Origin: Squalus acanthias
Taxonomy: Eukaryota
Length of the DNA: 64,000 bases
NCBI GenBank assembly: GCA_030390025.1
Contig: CM059430.1
Location: forward strand, 62,496,001-62,560,000
Direction of reading: 5' to 3'
Shown here: piece after piece, positions 23,400 to 36,690 of the stretch
How the letters are laid out: each line of letters opens with the position of its first letter
How positions within the stretch are numbered: position 1 is the stretch's first letter
Made by a program: the position numbers and the translations under genes
Notes under the pieces: model-generated
Told to the model about the DNA's origin: nothing
Databases searched by the model: none
Seen by the model: the letters and a program-made list of their open reading frames with translations, nothing else

Positions 23400-25050
23400 T
23401 TTGACCAAAAATCCCTAACTTCCAAAAGCCACAACTATCATCCAGTTAAGAGTTATCCTCCTGATTCCTGTTGACTTAAATGTTATTAAGGCTCCTTGGT
23501 GGTACACTCGGTCAAATGCAGCCTTTGATGTCAAGACCCTTCACTCTCACCTTAACTCTGGAATTCAGCTCTTTTGTCCATGTTTGGACTGAGGGTGTAA
23601 TGAGGCCTGGATCCAAGTGGTCCTGGCGGATCCCAAACTGAGCATCGGTGATCAGGTTATTGGTGAGTAAGTGCATATCTGGCAACTCTGTCCACGACAC
23701 CTCCCATCAGTTTACCTAATCTCAGTCATCAGCAATTTGCTCAAATGAGGCGGTAACTGGCAGGATTGAATCTGTCCTTCTTTTTGTGGGCAGGACATAT
23801 CTGGGCAATTTTCCACCTTGTTGAGTAGATAGCAGTGTTGTAACTGTACTGGAGCAGCTTGGCTAGAGGCGAGGCTAGTTCTGGAGCACAAGTCTGGAGC
23901 ACGACAGCTGGAATGTTGCAGGGGCCCATAGCGTTTTTCTTGATATCAAGTGGAGTGATTTGGAAGTGTCTGAAAACTGATTGGCGGGAACTTCAGGAGG
24001 AGGTCGAGGTGAATCATCTATTCGGCCCTTCTGGCTGAAGATGGTTGCAAACGCTTCAGCCTTGTCTTTTGCACTCACATGCTGAGCTCCGCCATCGTTG
24101 AGGATGGGGATGTTTACGGAACCTCCTCCTCCCGCTAGTTGTTTAATTGTCCACCACCATTCACAACTGGATGTGGAAGGACCTCAGAGCTTTGATCTGC
24201 TCTGTTGATTGTGGCATCGCTTTGCTCCATCTACACTATGCTGATTCCGCTGTTTAGACAGTTGGAGCTTCACTAGGTTGTCACCTCATTTTTAGTCACG
24301 CCTGGGGCGGTTTCTGTTGCATGCCTACACTACGTTTTGAACCAGGGGTGGTCGCCTGGCTTGATGTTAATATTAGAGTAAGGGATATGTCAGACCATGA
24401 GGTTACAGATTGTGATGGAATACAATTCTGCTGTTGCTGATGGCCCACCTTGCCTTATGGATGCCAAGATTCGAGCTGCTAGATCTGTTCTGATCTAATC
24501 TGATCTGATTTAGCACAACACGTGTCTTAATGTGAAGGCTGGATTTTGTTGGTCACTCCTACCAATGTTATGGTCATGCTTTTCAAGTTTTACTTGGTCA
24601 GTAGGATTTTACCTCGTGGTTGTTGTATCACCACCCGCCACAATCCCAGTCAACCAGGTCGGTGAGTAGTGTTGCTACCGAGTCACTCTTGGTCACTGAA
24701 GTTCCCCAGCAGTAAATTATGTGCCCTCAGTGTTTAATCCAAGTCATGTTCAACATTCATCAGCTGAGGGCAGTAATCAGCAGGAGGTTTCCATGCCATG
24801 CAGATTCAGTGTTGAGGACTTCCATGGCCGCTCCCTCCCACTGTTGGGTCTGTCCTGCCAGTGGGAAGTTGGCTGATCGGTAGTCGGTTGGACAGCTCTC
24901 TCAATTTTGGCACACGTCAGTTGGTAGTGAGGATTTTGCAGCGTCGACTCGGATTTGTCATGCCCGAATCCAATGCCCGGGTCAATGCTGGGAGGTAGGT
25001 TTGGTTTCATTCTTCTTATACCTTCTTGTAGCTGTGTTCTGAAACTGAGT
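23400..25050 (-). mobile_element. Internally deleted LINE (second family)
   Basis: Motifs APELASPLAKL and KDKAEAFATIFSQK; it shares deletion junctions with 62930-64000. Confidence 0.82.
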
Positions 25051-25194
25051 GGGTATGTGACGTCTACTGCATTACCCTTGTCAGCTCCTTCTGTTACCTT
25101 TTAAAATAATTCTATCAGGTTAGTTAAGTATGCATTCGCCTTTCAGAATCCATGCTGACTATTTTTTATGATATGTCCTGGTCGTAGGAATGTA

Positions 25195-26815
25195 GAAGAG
25201 CATTCCAGGAGCAGCACCAGGCGTACCTAAAAATTAAGTGCCAACCTGGGGAAGCTGCAACACAGGTCTACATGCATGCTTAAAATTGGAAGCTGCGTGC
25301 TACAGACAGGGCTAAGCGGTCCCACAATCAATGGATCAGATCAAAGCTCTGCAGTCCTGCCACATCCAGTCGTGAATGTTGGTTGACCATTAAACAACTA
25401 ACGGGAGGAGGAAACTCCATTACTATCCCCATCCTAAATGATGGTCGAGACCAGCACGTGATTGCAAAAGACAAGGCTGAAGCGTTTGCAAGCAACTTCA
25501 GCCAGAAGTACCAAGCGGATGATCCATATCGGCCTACTCCTGAGGTCCCCACCATCTTCAGCCAATTCGATTCACTCCACGTGATATAAAGAAACGGCTG
25601 AGCCCATTGGATATGGCAAAGTCAATGAACCCCGGCACCATCCTGGCTATCGTGCTGCAGACTTGTGCTCCAAAACTAGCCGCGCCTCTAGCCAAGCTGT
25701 TCCAGTACAGCTACAACACTGGCATCTATCCTACAGTGTGGAAAACTGCCCAGGTATGTCCTGTCCACAAAAAGCAGGACAAATCCAATCGGGCCAATTA
25801 ATGCCCCATCAGTCTACTCTCAATCATCAGCAAAGTGATGGAACGTGTCATCGACAGTGCTATCAAGTGGCACTTACTCACCAATAACCTGCTCACTGAT
25901 GCCCAGTTTGGGCACTCGGCTGCCGACCTCATTACAGCCTTGGTCCAAACATGGACAAATGAGCTGAATTCCAGAGGTGAGGTGAGAGGTACTGCCCTTG
26001 ACATCAAGGCAGCATTTGAACGAGTGTGGCATCAAGGAGCCCTAGTAAAACTGAAGTCAATGAGAATCATGGTAAAACTTTCCACTGGCTGGAGTCATAC
26101 CTAGCACAAAGGAACATGGTTGTGGTGGTTGAAGGTCAATCATCACAGCTCCAGGCCATCGCTGCAGGAGTTCCTCAGGGCAATATCCTAGGTCCAACCC
26201 GCTTCAGCTGCTTCATCAATGATGTTCCCTCCAACATAAGGTCAGAGATGGGGATGTTCGCAGATGACTGCACAGTGTTCAGCGCCATTCACAACTCCTC
26301 AGATAATGAAGCAGTCCATGTTCGCAAGCAACAAGACCTGGACGACGTTCAGGCTTGGGCTGATAGGTGGCAGGTAACAATCGCGCCACAGAACTACCAG
26401 GCAATGACTATCTCCAACAAGCAACAGTCTAACAACCACACGTTGACATTCAACGGCATTACCATCGCCAAATCCCCCACCATCAACATCCTGGGGGTCA
26501 CCATTGACCAGAAACTTAACTGGATCAGCCACATAAATACTGTGGCAACAAGAGCAGGTCAGAGGGTAGGTATTCTGCGGCGAGTGTCTCACCTCCTGAC
26601 TCTCCAAAGCCTTTCCACCATCTACAAGGCACAAGTCAGGACTGAAATGGAATGCTCTCCACTTGCCTGGATGAGTGCAGCTCCAACAACACTCAAGAAT
26701 TACGACACCATCCAGGACAAAGCAGCCCGCTTGATTGGTACCCCATCCACCACCTTAAACATTCACTCCCTCCACCACCGGTGTACCGTGGCTGCAATGT
26801 GTACCATCTACAAGT
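25195..26815 (+). mobile_element. LINE RT fragment (second family)
   Basis: ORF 26026..26853 contains GVPQG, FADDC and KAQVR..ECSPLAW. Confidence 0.9.
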
Positions 26816-26819
26816 TGCC

Positions 26820-27369
26820 CTTTCTGCACAACTTCACCCCAGTAAAAGCATAAGGTCTGCTTTTGCCAGCATAAGAGTTTAAAAAACTAAAAAAAAAATT
26901 GTAGTCACTCATTTATAATTTAAAAATACTTTTAAAAAAGGTAAGTTTATTTTTAGCCCTGTTAAAAACATCAATTATATTTTTCAAAAAATTAAATTTT
27001 TGTTTAAAATATTTAATTTAAAGTAATTTAAACTAATTTTTAAATACAGGATTTAAAAAAAATATTTAATATTTAACTGCCTTTGTAAATATGGTCCCCA
27101 TTCATACTTTTGACAGATTTGTGGGTAGAAACCTGTCAAAAGTGTGAAAGTGGATTCCCTTCTTTGATTTGTTCCCCATGGCCCACGTGATCCCAGGAGC
27201 GCTTGCGAACCGCATGCTCCTCTGGGATAGGTGGGCCTCTGCCTGCGCGGACGCGGAGAGGTTCCAACATCGCAAGCCTCGGTACCTTCGGACCAGCAGG
27301 TAACTTCGTAGATTTTTTCCAATCGGAGACCTCCGCACGCAGGAAGCCTCCGATCGGAAATTCAGGGCC
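26820..27369. mobile_element. Truncated Harbinger-like MITE
   Basis: It has the same AT core (AAAGGTAAGTTTATTT) and right TIR AAATTCAGGGCC as the other copies. Confidence 0.65.
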
Positions 27370-29239
27370 AAAGTTGAAGACCTGGGGGCGCCTCATAGTA
27401 CGAACCAGCATCGCGAGGGAAGTAAACTTTATGTTATTAGATCGTGGGGCAGGTGTTAATTTTACTAAGCGCGTGGCAGTATCTGATTTTGAAAAGTCCA
27501 TAGAGGATGTTAAGAATATCCCCATAACTGGTAAAGTGGCGAAACGAGTGAAAGTGAAAATTGGGGCATAAGAATGACAGGAGCCTGTAGAGATTTTATG
27601 CATGATTATGCGGAGAAGGCGGCCCCAATGTATGTTTTACTGAAGGAGATTGACTGACAGTGGTTGGAAGAACATACAGAAGCCGTGACTGCCCTTAAAA
27701 CGGCCCTCGCCAGTGCACCGGTCCACGCAAAACAGGACCCAGAAAAGTCTTGCTACCTATTTCCCACGGTATCTGTTGCCAGCATCGGAGCTGTGCTGAC
27801 AAAAACAAAGTATGGCGATGACCACTGCCCCATTGCTTTTGGTCTCGATTACCTAAATCTCCGGAGTTGAAAATGGGCTGGAGTAGAAATTTGATCCTGT
27901 CCTCCAACTGGGGTGTCCAGAAATTTGAATATCTTCCAGGGATGCAAGATGCTCATCTTTGGATAAACCAGACACCCCTGAAAATGCTGTTGGAAGGCAA
28001 ACTCGCTAACTTTAGAATACGGGGTGCACGGGTACAGCAGTGGATTCTGCTTCTACATGCTTAGAATGTTAAATTACACCAGTTAAATAGGCCACAAGAG
28101 TGGGTGACCGGTACTTTAATTGAGGGTAAGCTCCATGTGTGAGAGGGCACCTCCACATCATTAAATCACTCCATTTTTAAGGAAAAGACTACTGACCAGA
28201 TTAAAGATGATGGGGGTATTTTGGTATACAGACGGCAATTCTTGAGTTGACAGCCCCGTGCTGGGCTGGCTGTGCTCGCATAAATGGAGGATCATGTTCT
28301 CGATCAGCAAAATATGTGGAGTGGCTGCTGTATTGACAGTGCTTGAAGAAGGCACTCGGGAGAAGGAGTTGATTATTGTGCTTGACTCTGATTATGTGTT
28401 TCGGGGATGTATGCAATTGCTGCAGTGGTGCATAGATAACATTTTCATGGCCACCGATGGCGTTGCGATAAAAATTTGTCCCATGTGGCAAGTTGTACAG
28501 GATGGGGTACGTCAGTACGTAGGATGTCAATGGCAAAAATTAAAGAAACACAGTAAGAAATGCCCGTTATCCCGGTGCAATAGGATAGCAGATGAGGCAG
28601 AAAAACTGGCGGCTCTTGAGGCCCCTCCGTGGCCCTGGGACATTGCTTTTGCAACAATACCTGTGGCTCCGGTTGTGACGAGGGGACAGAGTAAATGATC
28701 TGCTCAGCCTGGTCTGCTCCGTGACTTACAATGACAGGAAGACCAGCTGGCGCCTCTCATGTGTATCTATCAGCCTGTTGCCTTGGGCGAAGAATTGATT
28801 GAACGACATCAGGACCTCGTTTTTCGGGTGCAGGATGGAGTTAAATTACGGGTGCTTCCCAATTCAGTTCGGAAAGATTTAAAGCAGTGGATCCATTGCT
28901 GTAATTTAGGCGGACACCCTGAATGCGAAGGTATGGAGGAATATTTAGGACTGATTGGATGGTGGCCTGGTATGGGACAGGATATTAAGATACTGTGGCA
29001 GGATGTTTGAGCTGTGTTAGATTTGATCCTGTAAGGAAACAGAAAATGGGGTCTATAATGCGACAGCCACCCTCGGGTCCTTGGCAGCAGATACAGATTG
29101 ATTATACAGGGCCTTTAACTATTACATCACGGGGTCATAAATATCTCTTAGTTGTGGAAGATGCATTCTCACGATGGGTAGAGGATTTTCCCACTCGCAA
29201 TCAGACGGCTGCAAACACCGCTACATAACTTGTTTATAG

Positions 29240-30177
29240 AGTCATAACGTTATACAGCACAGAAAGAGGCCCTTCGGCCCATCGTGTCCGCGCCGGCCAT
29301 CAAGCCCAGTCTATTCTAATCCCACTTTCCAGCTGTTGGTCAGGTGGACAGAAAATTGGCAAATGGAATTCAACTCGGAGAAGTGTGAGGTAATGCATTT
29401 GGGGAGGGCTCACAAGGCAAGGGAATACACAATAAATGGTAGGATACTGAGGAGTGTAGAGAAACAGAGGGACCTTGGAGTGCGTGTCACAGATCCCGGA
29501 AAAGTAGCAGGACAGGTAGATAAGGTTGATTAAGAAGGCGTACGGGATACTTTCTTTTATTAGCCGAGGCCTAGGGTATAAGAGCAGGGAGGTTATGCTT
29601 GAACTGTATAAAGCATTAGTTAGGCCACAGCTTGAGAACTGCCTACCGTTCTGGTCACCAAATTACAGGAAAGATATGATTGCATTAGAGAGGGTACAGA
29701 GGAGATTTACGAGGATGTTGCCAGGACTGGAAAATTTTAGCTATGAGGTATGATTGGATAGGCTGGGGTTGTATCCCTGACAACAGAGGAGGCTGAGGGG
29801 AGACTTAATTGAGGTGTATACAATTATTAGTGGGCTAGATCGAGGGGATAGAAAGGATCTATTTCCCTTAGCAGAGGTCAATAACTAGGGGGCATCGATT
29901 TAAATGAATTGGTAGAAGGATTAGAGGGGATTTGAGGAGAAGTTTTTTCACCCAGAGGGTGGTGGGGGTCTGGAACTCACTGCCTGAAAGGGTGGTAGAG
30001 GTAGAAACGCTCAATACATTTAAAAAGTACTTGGATATGCACTTGAAATGCCGTAATCTACAGGTCTACGGATCAAGAGCGGGAAAGTGGGATTAGGCAG
30101 TATTGCTCTTTTTAGGCTGGCACAGACACGATTGGCCGAATGGCCTCCTCGGTGCCGTAGGTTTCTGATTCTATGAT
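29240..30177 (+). mobile_element. CR1 3' fragment inserted in the ERV integrase, with an inverted 3'-end piece at its 5' side
   Basis: Motifs WQMEFNSEKCEVMHLG and LVRPQLE; 29240-29335 is a reversed CR1 tail. Confidence 0.85.
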
Positions 30178-30989
30178 TGTGCTGATGCGTATCCGTGCTC
30201 GGTTGTTCAAATCTACAGGGTTTGCACGGTATGAAGCATTGATGGACCGTCCAATGCCATTCTGGGAGAATCTCCTTTCTCCCTTTGCCCATGAGGATAA
30301 AACACAGGATTCGTATCAGGAGTGGATGGAACACTTTACAGAGCATCTCTCCTCGCTGTACAAGCGAGACTGGGTGCTAATGATGAAGCCAATCTTGTCC
30401 GTAGGATTGCATGGTGTGATGATCGGTCAGATGTTTCTGAGATGGAGTTGGGACAGAAGGTTATGATCCTGAATCCGAGGCCCATGGTGCCTTTTGGTTC
30501 CGCAAAATGAAAAGGTCCGTTTACAGTTGTTGACAGAGTAAGAGCCCCTTTATATCCTGTTAACATGGGTAAGCTGGGTGTCTCACGGAATCATGTAACA
30601 CAGATTAAACCGTTTAGGAAACCTAAGGGAACTGAGGAATAGCAGGAGAAAGAGCGGGAGGAAGATATATTTGTCTTGCTGGAGGCTGTTATTCTTTTTT
30701 CTACACCCTGTGTGTATCTGACACTGGCTGAGTCTGCTCTTTCACTTCGAAATCTTAATGATGTTAAATTGGAGGTCAAAAAGACGCTGAAATTTGTTTC
30801 CTAAATTATAATTGTATCTGCATATTTGTCTCAGTTTCCAGGCCGCAAAGTTTTCGGGAATTCAGTGGGTTTGTTCTTTTAAGTAAATTACTTGAAAGCT
30901 GGGTGATGCTGACATTGATTGATGATGTCTGGGTTTGTGTTCTTCTAAAATGCAAAGAAGTTAACTCTTTCCACAAACAACTCTGTTGT

Positions 30990-32411
30990 TTTTGCTTTCT
31001 AGTGTATGTCTGATCCTGCTTTACTCTGGCCAAAGATCAGGAACAGGAGAAATTGCAGGAGTAAGCGATGACAATTTTGTTTCTTATCCAGATGACCGCA
31101 GATAAAGAATCCCTGATAGAGAATTCGGCCTCGGGGAAAGGAGATGGAGAAAAGATTGTGGTGCAACCCTCTTGTTTGTCGTGTGTTGTTCTTGATGGTG
31201 TCGAAGATATTGTTAATGTATACTGTAATACAAAACCATTTTGTCTCTGCCACTTTCGTTTCTGTCCCAAATAACCTTGTTACGTATTGGGCGGATTGAA
31301 TGGAAAACGTCAATGATCACCGTCTTATCTCTGGGACTGCTTTTACTGATACGACATGAACTGAATATTTGTGTTGGTACAATGGATCGGCAAATGGCTT
31401 CGAGAATCGGTCAGTTGTGGACGACGGAATAAAGACTTTAGTGGGAATGAAGTACGGGGACAATAATATATTACTGTTAGGTTTACACCAGGATGCTTAC
31501 AGTGTAAATTAATTCATGATTCGAACTTGAAACATGTACGAAGTAGGAGGAGTGTAGATCGCAGGTACCACCTATTGCCAGGTGCAGAAACAGGCAATAA
31601 AACATTCATTATGTTACCATATATAAAGGAAGCTCGACTTCCATGTGGTAAGTTTAGTAGTTTGGTGTGCATGGATGATTATAGAGCCAACCCCAGTGTC
31701 TGGCTCGCTACGTGGTGGCATAAAGATGAAACATCTTATACGTTGGCATTTTAAAATAAAAATAGAACCTTGCCGTGGACGTTTGTGTGCGTATTACAAG
31801 TACATCCACACGCAATATCGGGAGGTTAAAATGGATGAGTTCCATGTTATTTTATGTTGGACGTGGACTGCTATGTTCTATAAGTAAGTGTAAAAATGTA
31901 ACTATTGCTATGCTTGATTGTCAAACTGTTGCTCATGTGTGTATGGTGGCCTGTATCGATATGTGGAGGTCTCTTATTGACTGATCCACAAATGTATCAT
32001 TGGGATAAGTCTGTAGGAGAAATTAGCTATTCGATTACGGGTATGGATATGGGACTTAATATAAACAAAATTAGACAGTTAATGGATAATGAGCATGTGG
32101 AGAGAGATTTAGGTGAATTCAGGGATAATGATTAGAGATTGCGTTTGTAAAATAAAGGCAACCTAGATCAGATGCCAGGTGATTCAAGCTAAGTTAATAG
32201 AAGACGTTAAACACTCATGGTGGGGGTCATTTCTAGGGTGGTCGCCATCGGCCACTCGATTTTTAAATATTGCTTGCTCCCTATCGTTTGCATTGTCGGC
32301 TTACATCTCCTGTTATTGGTTATCACCTTAACCATTTGCTGCTGGGTGAGGAAGAAGTTGCGAGCATTGAACCGACTGTTGGAAAGGCAACTACAACCTT
32401 TATTGTATTAA
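30990..32411 (+). pseudogene. Degraded env-like gene of ERV-like element 1
   Basis: Cys-rich fragments, a furin site RSRR (~31540), a membrane-proximal WW motif, TM LLPIVCIVGLHLLLLVITLTICCW and a basic tail; multiple stops and frameshifts. Confidence 0.72.
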
Positions 32412-32467
32412 CAATCGACTTCATTGTTTGAGAAGAAATAATAATAAGATATAAAAAGTGGAGGATA

Positions 32468-33118
32468 TGTTGGATATCGCGAGAGTTAAAAGTTTAACAG
32501 TCGAACTTCTTCATATCATGAAGGAATAAACTTTCAAATATAAACAGAATGACTTTGAAGTGTTCTGAAAGGAATGCATTGCTTCTCTCCTGATATGTAA
32601 AGTTCTTGTGTAAGGAAATACATGTTGGAATGACGTCACCCATGAGTGGTTCATGTTTAGTTTTAAGGTAATAAAATGTAACTTTGTGGGCTGGGATAAT
32701 AAAACATGGATAGATAATCCATTAGCTGCAGATAACAGTTGGTAAAGTTTTTTCTTCAAAGGGTTTATGGTCTGTTAGGTCAGGCGGTCTTGCTTAGGGG
32801 AAGTAGCTTTGAAGTAAAGAACGACAACTGTTTACATGAATAGTTTATCTTTAAAGGATCTGGGGATAGATACGTCATGCCGTCTTATCTATGACGTTTT
32901 CCTTTGCAGTACTCAAAATATGGTGTTTAAAGGAGGATGGTTTTCAACAGTAATTCAGAGGGTGAGAAAGTGAAAATTTGTAACCCAAGAACAGTTGGAC
33001 TGATCATCTTTACTGTGTATCAATAAAGTGTGTTCCGTATACTGTGCTACGAAGTGTCTTGTGCTTACTTGAAACGTGTTGTTCTGAACCAGAGGAGGAA
33101 GGAGGTTGACTGCTAACA
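32468..33118 (+). mobile_element. 3' LTR of ERV-like element 1
   Basis: PPT AAAAAGTGGAGGA precedes TGTT...AACA termini, with AATAAA at ~33022. Confidence 0.75.
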
Positions 33119-33499
33119 TTGGACCTCTTCCCTAATCTTTCCTAATTTGTTTGTTCTGAAATGGAGCACAACAAGTGGATCCTACTCACACCCCCACCCT
33201 TTCCAGATCATTTTCTTGCCGTTTCGAAATGCACCTGACACTAGTACTGGGTCGGAAAAACACCCTTTGGAATACTCGATCCTGACTGGAAAGAATACTA
33301 TCTATCCTGCTAATTATAGAACCTCCAATAACTACAGCGTTTGTACTCTGCACCTCCTCCCTTAGACGGCCTCCTGCTCCATAGTGCCTTTGTCGGCATT
33401 CTGGCTGTCCTTCCCCCAGTATTTCACATTATCCTCACAGGTATCTAGTATATTGTGCCTGCTCGATACGAGCAATACCTACTGGACTCTTTTTATACC

Positions 33500-36400
33500 A
33501 TTCTCTCCTGGGATGTGGGCGGCACTGGAAAGACAATCATTTATAGCCCATTTCTAATTGTTTTTGAGAAGGTAGTGGTGAGCCGCCATCTTCAACCGCT
33601 GCAATCCGTCTGGTGAAGGTAATCCCACAGTGCTGTTTGGGAGGGAGTTCCAGGATTTTGACCAAGCGACGAGGAAGGAACGGCGCTATGTTTCCAAGTC
33701 AGGACGGCATGTGACTTGGAGGGGAACTTGGAGGTGATGGTGTTCCCATGCGCCTGCTGCTCCAGTACTTCTAGGTGGTAGAGAGCTGCTGTCGAAGAAG
33801 CCTTGGCGAGTTACTGCAGTGCATCTTGCGGAAGGTACACACTGCAGCCAATGTGCGGCAGTGGTGGAGGGAGTGAATGTTTAAGGTGGTGGATGGGGTG
33901 CCAATCAAGCGGGCTGCTTTGTCCGTGATGGTGTCGAGCTGCTTGAGTGTTGTTGGAGCAGCACTCATCCAGGCAAGTGAAGAGTATTCCATCACACTCC
34001 TGACTTGTGCCTTGTAGATGGTGGAAAGGTTTTGGGGAGTCAGGGGGTGAGACAGTCGCCGCAGAATATCCAGCCTCTGACCTATTCTTGTAGCCACAGT
34101 ATGTATGTGGCTGGTCCAGGTATGTTTCTGGTCAATGGTGACCCACAGGATGTTGATGGTGGGGGATTTGGCTTACGTAAATGTAAAGGGGAGTTGGTTA
34201 GAATCACTCTTCGTGGAGATGGTCATTGCCTGGCACTTTTGTGGCGCGAATATTACTTGCCACTTATCAGCCCAAGCCTGAATGTCGTCCAAATCTTGCT
34301 AGTTGCGGGCATGGACTGCTTCATTATCTGAGGAGATGCGAATGGATCTGAATACTGTGCATTCATCACCGAGCATCCCCAATTCTGACCTTATGATGGA
34401 GGGAAGTTCAATGATGAAGCAGCTGAAGATGTTTTGGCCTAGGACACTGCCCTGAGGAACTCCTGCAGCGATGTACTGGGGCTGAGATAATTGGCTTCCA
34501 ACAACCACAACCACCTTCTTTTGTGCTACGTTTGACTCCAGCCAGTGGAGGGTTATCCCCCGGATTCCCATTGATTTCAGTTTTACTAGTGCTCCTTGAT
34601 GCCATACTTGGTCAAATGCTGTATTGATGTCATAGGCATTCACTCTCACCTCACCTTCGTAATTCAGCTCTTTCGTCCATGTTTGGACCAAGGCTGTAAT
34701 GAGATCTGGAGCCGATTGGTCTTGGTGGAACCTAAACTGAGCATCGGTGAACAGGTTATTGGTGAGTACGTGCCGCCAGATAGCACTGTTGACAACACCT
34801 TCCATCACTTTGCTGATGATTGAGAGTAGACTGATGGGGCAGTAATTGGCCGGATTGAATTTGTCCATCCGTTTTGGACAGGACATACCTGGGCAGTTTT
34901 CCACATTGTCGGGTAGATGCCAGTATTGTAGCTGTGCTGGAACAGCTTGGCTAGATGCGCGGCTATTTCTGGAGTACAAGGCTTCAGCACAACAGCTGGG
35001 ATGTTGTTGGGGCCCACAGCCGTTGCTGTTTCCAATGCGCTCAGCCGTTTCTTGATATCACGTGGAGTGAATCGAATTGGCTGAAGACTGACATCTGTGA
35101 GGGTGGGGACCTCCGGAGGAGGCCGAGATGTATCATCCACTCGGCACTTGTAGCTGAAAACATTTACACTTTATCCTTGTCGTTTGCACTCGACCACTGG
35201 CCTCCGCCATCATTGAGGATACCGATGGTGCTGGAGCCTCCTCTTTTTCATTGTTTAATTGTCCACCACCATTCACGATTGGATGTGGCAGGATTGCAAA
35301 ACTTTAATCTGATCCGTTGTTTGTGGGATCACTTAGCCCTGTCTATAACCTGCTGCATCTGTTGTTTAGCATGCAAGTATTCCTGGGTTTCAGGTTCCAC
35401 AGATTGGCACCTCAATTTTTGGTACACCTGGTGCTGCTCCTGGCATGCTCTTCTACATTCCTCATTTAACCACTAATGATCCCCTGGCTTGATGATAACG
35501 GTAGAGTGAGGAATACGCCAGGCCATGAGGTTTCAGATTGTGATGAAATACAATTCTGCTGCTGATGATGGACCCCAACGCCTCATGGATACCCAGCTGT
35601 TAGATCTGCTCTGAATCTATCCCATTTAGCACGGTGGTAGTACCACACAACACGATGGAGGTTGTCCTCAGTGTGAAGACGGGACTTCGTCTCCACAAGA
35701 ACTTTGCGGTGGTCACTGCTACCAATACTGTAATGGACAGATGCATCTGGGACAGGTAGATTGGTGAGGTCGAGGTCAAGTAGAGTTTTCCCTCTTGTTG
35801 GTTCTCTCACGAAATGCCACAAGCCCAGTCTGGCAGCTAACTCCCCCACCCAAAGTACATTCTGTGTACTTGCCACCCTCAGTGCTTGCTCCAAATGGTG
35901 TTCAACATGAAGGGGTAATGATTCATCAGCTGAGGAGGGCGGTAGGTAGTAATCAGCAGGAGGTTTCCATGCCCTTGCTTGACATGAAGCCATGAGACTT
36001 CATCGGATCCGGAGTCAATGTTGGGTACTCCCAGGGTCAACCCCTCCCGACTGTATTTCACTGTGCATCCACCTCTGTTGGGTCTGTCCTGCTGGTGGGA
36101 CAGGACATACCCAGGGCATGGTGATGGAGGAGCCGGGGACATTGGCTGAAATGTCTGATTCTGTGAGCATGACCATGTCAGGCTGTTGCGTGACTAATCT
36201 GTGGGACAGCTCTCCCCATTTTGGCACAAGTCCTCAGATGTCAGTGAGGAGGACTTTGCAGGAACGACTGGGCTGGGCATGCCTTTGTCCTGTCTGAAGC
36301 CGGTGCCTTGGTCGATGCCGGATGGTTCGTCCGGTTTTATTCTTATTATTTATCGTACCGGTGTAGTACAACTGAATGGCTTGCTCGGCCATTTCACAGC

Positions 36401-36690
36401 ACAGTTAAGAGTGAGCCACATTGCTGCGGGTCTGGAGCCGCATATAGGCCAGACCAGGTAAGGACGGCAGGTTCCTTCCCTAAAGGACATTAGTGGTTCT
36501 GATGGGTTTTTATGAAAATCTGGTAGTTTCAAGGTAACCATTACTGAAACTAGCTTTTTATTCCAGATTTATTTAACTGAATTTAAATTCCCCAGCTGCC
36601 ATGGTGTGATTTTACCTCACGTCTCTGGATTATTCGGCCAGGCCTCTGGATTACTGGTCCAGTAAAATAACCACTATGCTACCATACCTT
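33500..36690 (-). mobile_element. Near full-length LINE (second family) with single EN-RT ORF remnant and tRNA-like 5' head
   Basis: EN motifs PDMVMLTES, EPTRGKTLLDL and SDHR; RT motifs GVPQGSVLG and KAQVRSVMEYS; the 5' end reads GGTATGGTAGCATAGTGGTTA. Confidence 0.88.

Larger units (their letters stand above)
27375..33118 (+). mobile_element. ERV-like element 1 (5'-truncated): protease remnant, RT thumb, tether RH, second RNase H, integrase, env-like ORF, 3' LTR
   Basis: Motifs LLDRGAGVN (PR); ALASAPV..IGAVL..CPIAF (tether); WYTDG..LDSDYV..KKHS..NRIADE (RH); GPWQQIQIDYTGPL..VVEDAFSRWVE (IN); KGPFTVV; env with RSRRS and HSWWGSFLGWSPSAT plus a TM segment. Confidence 0.88.
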
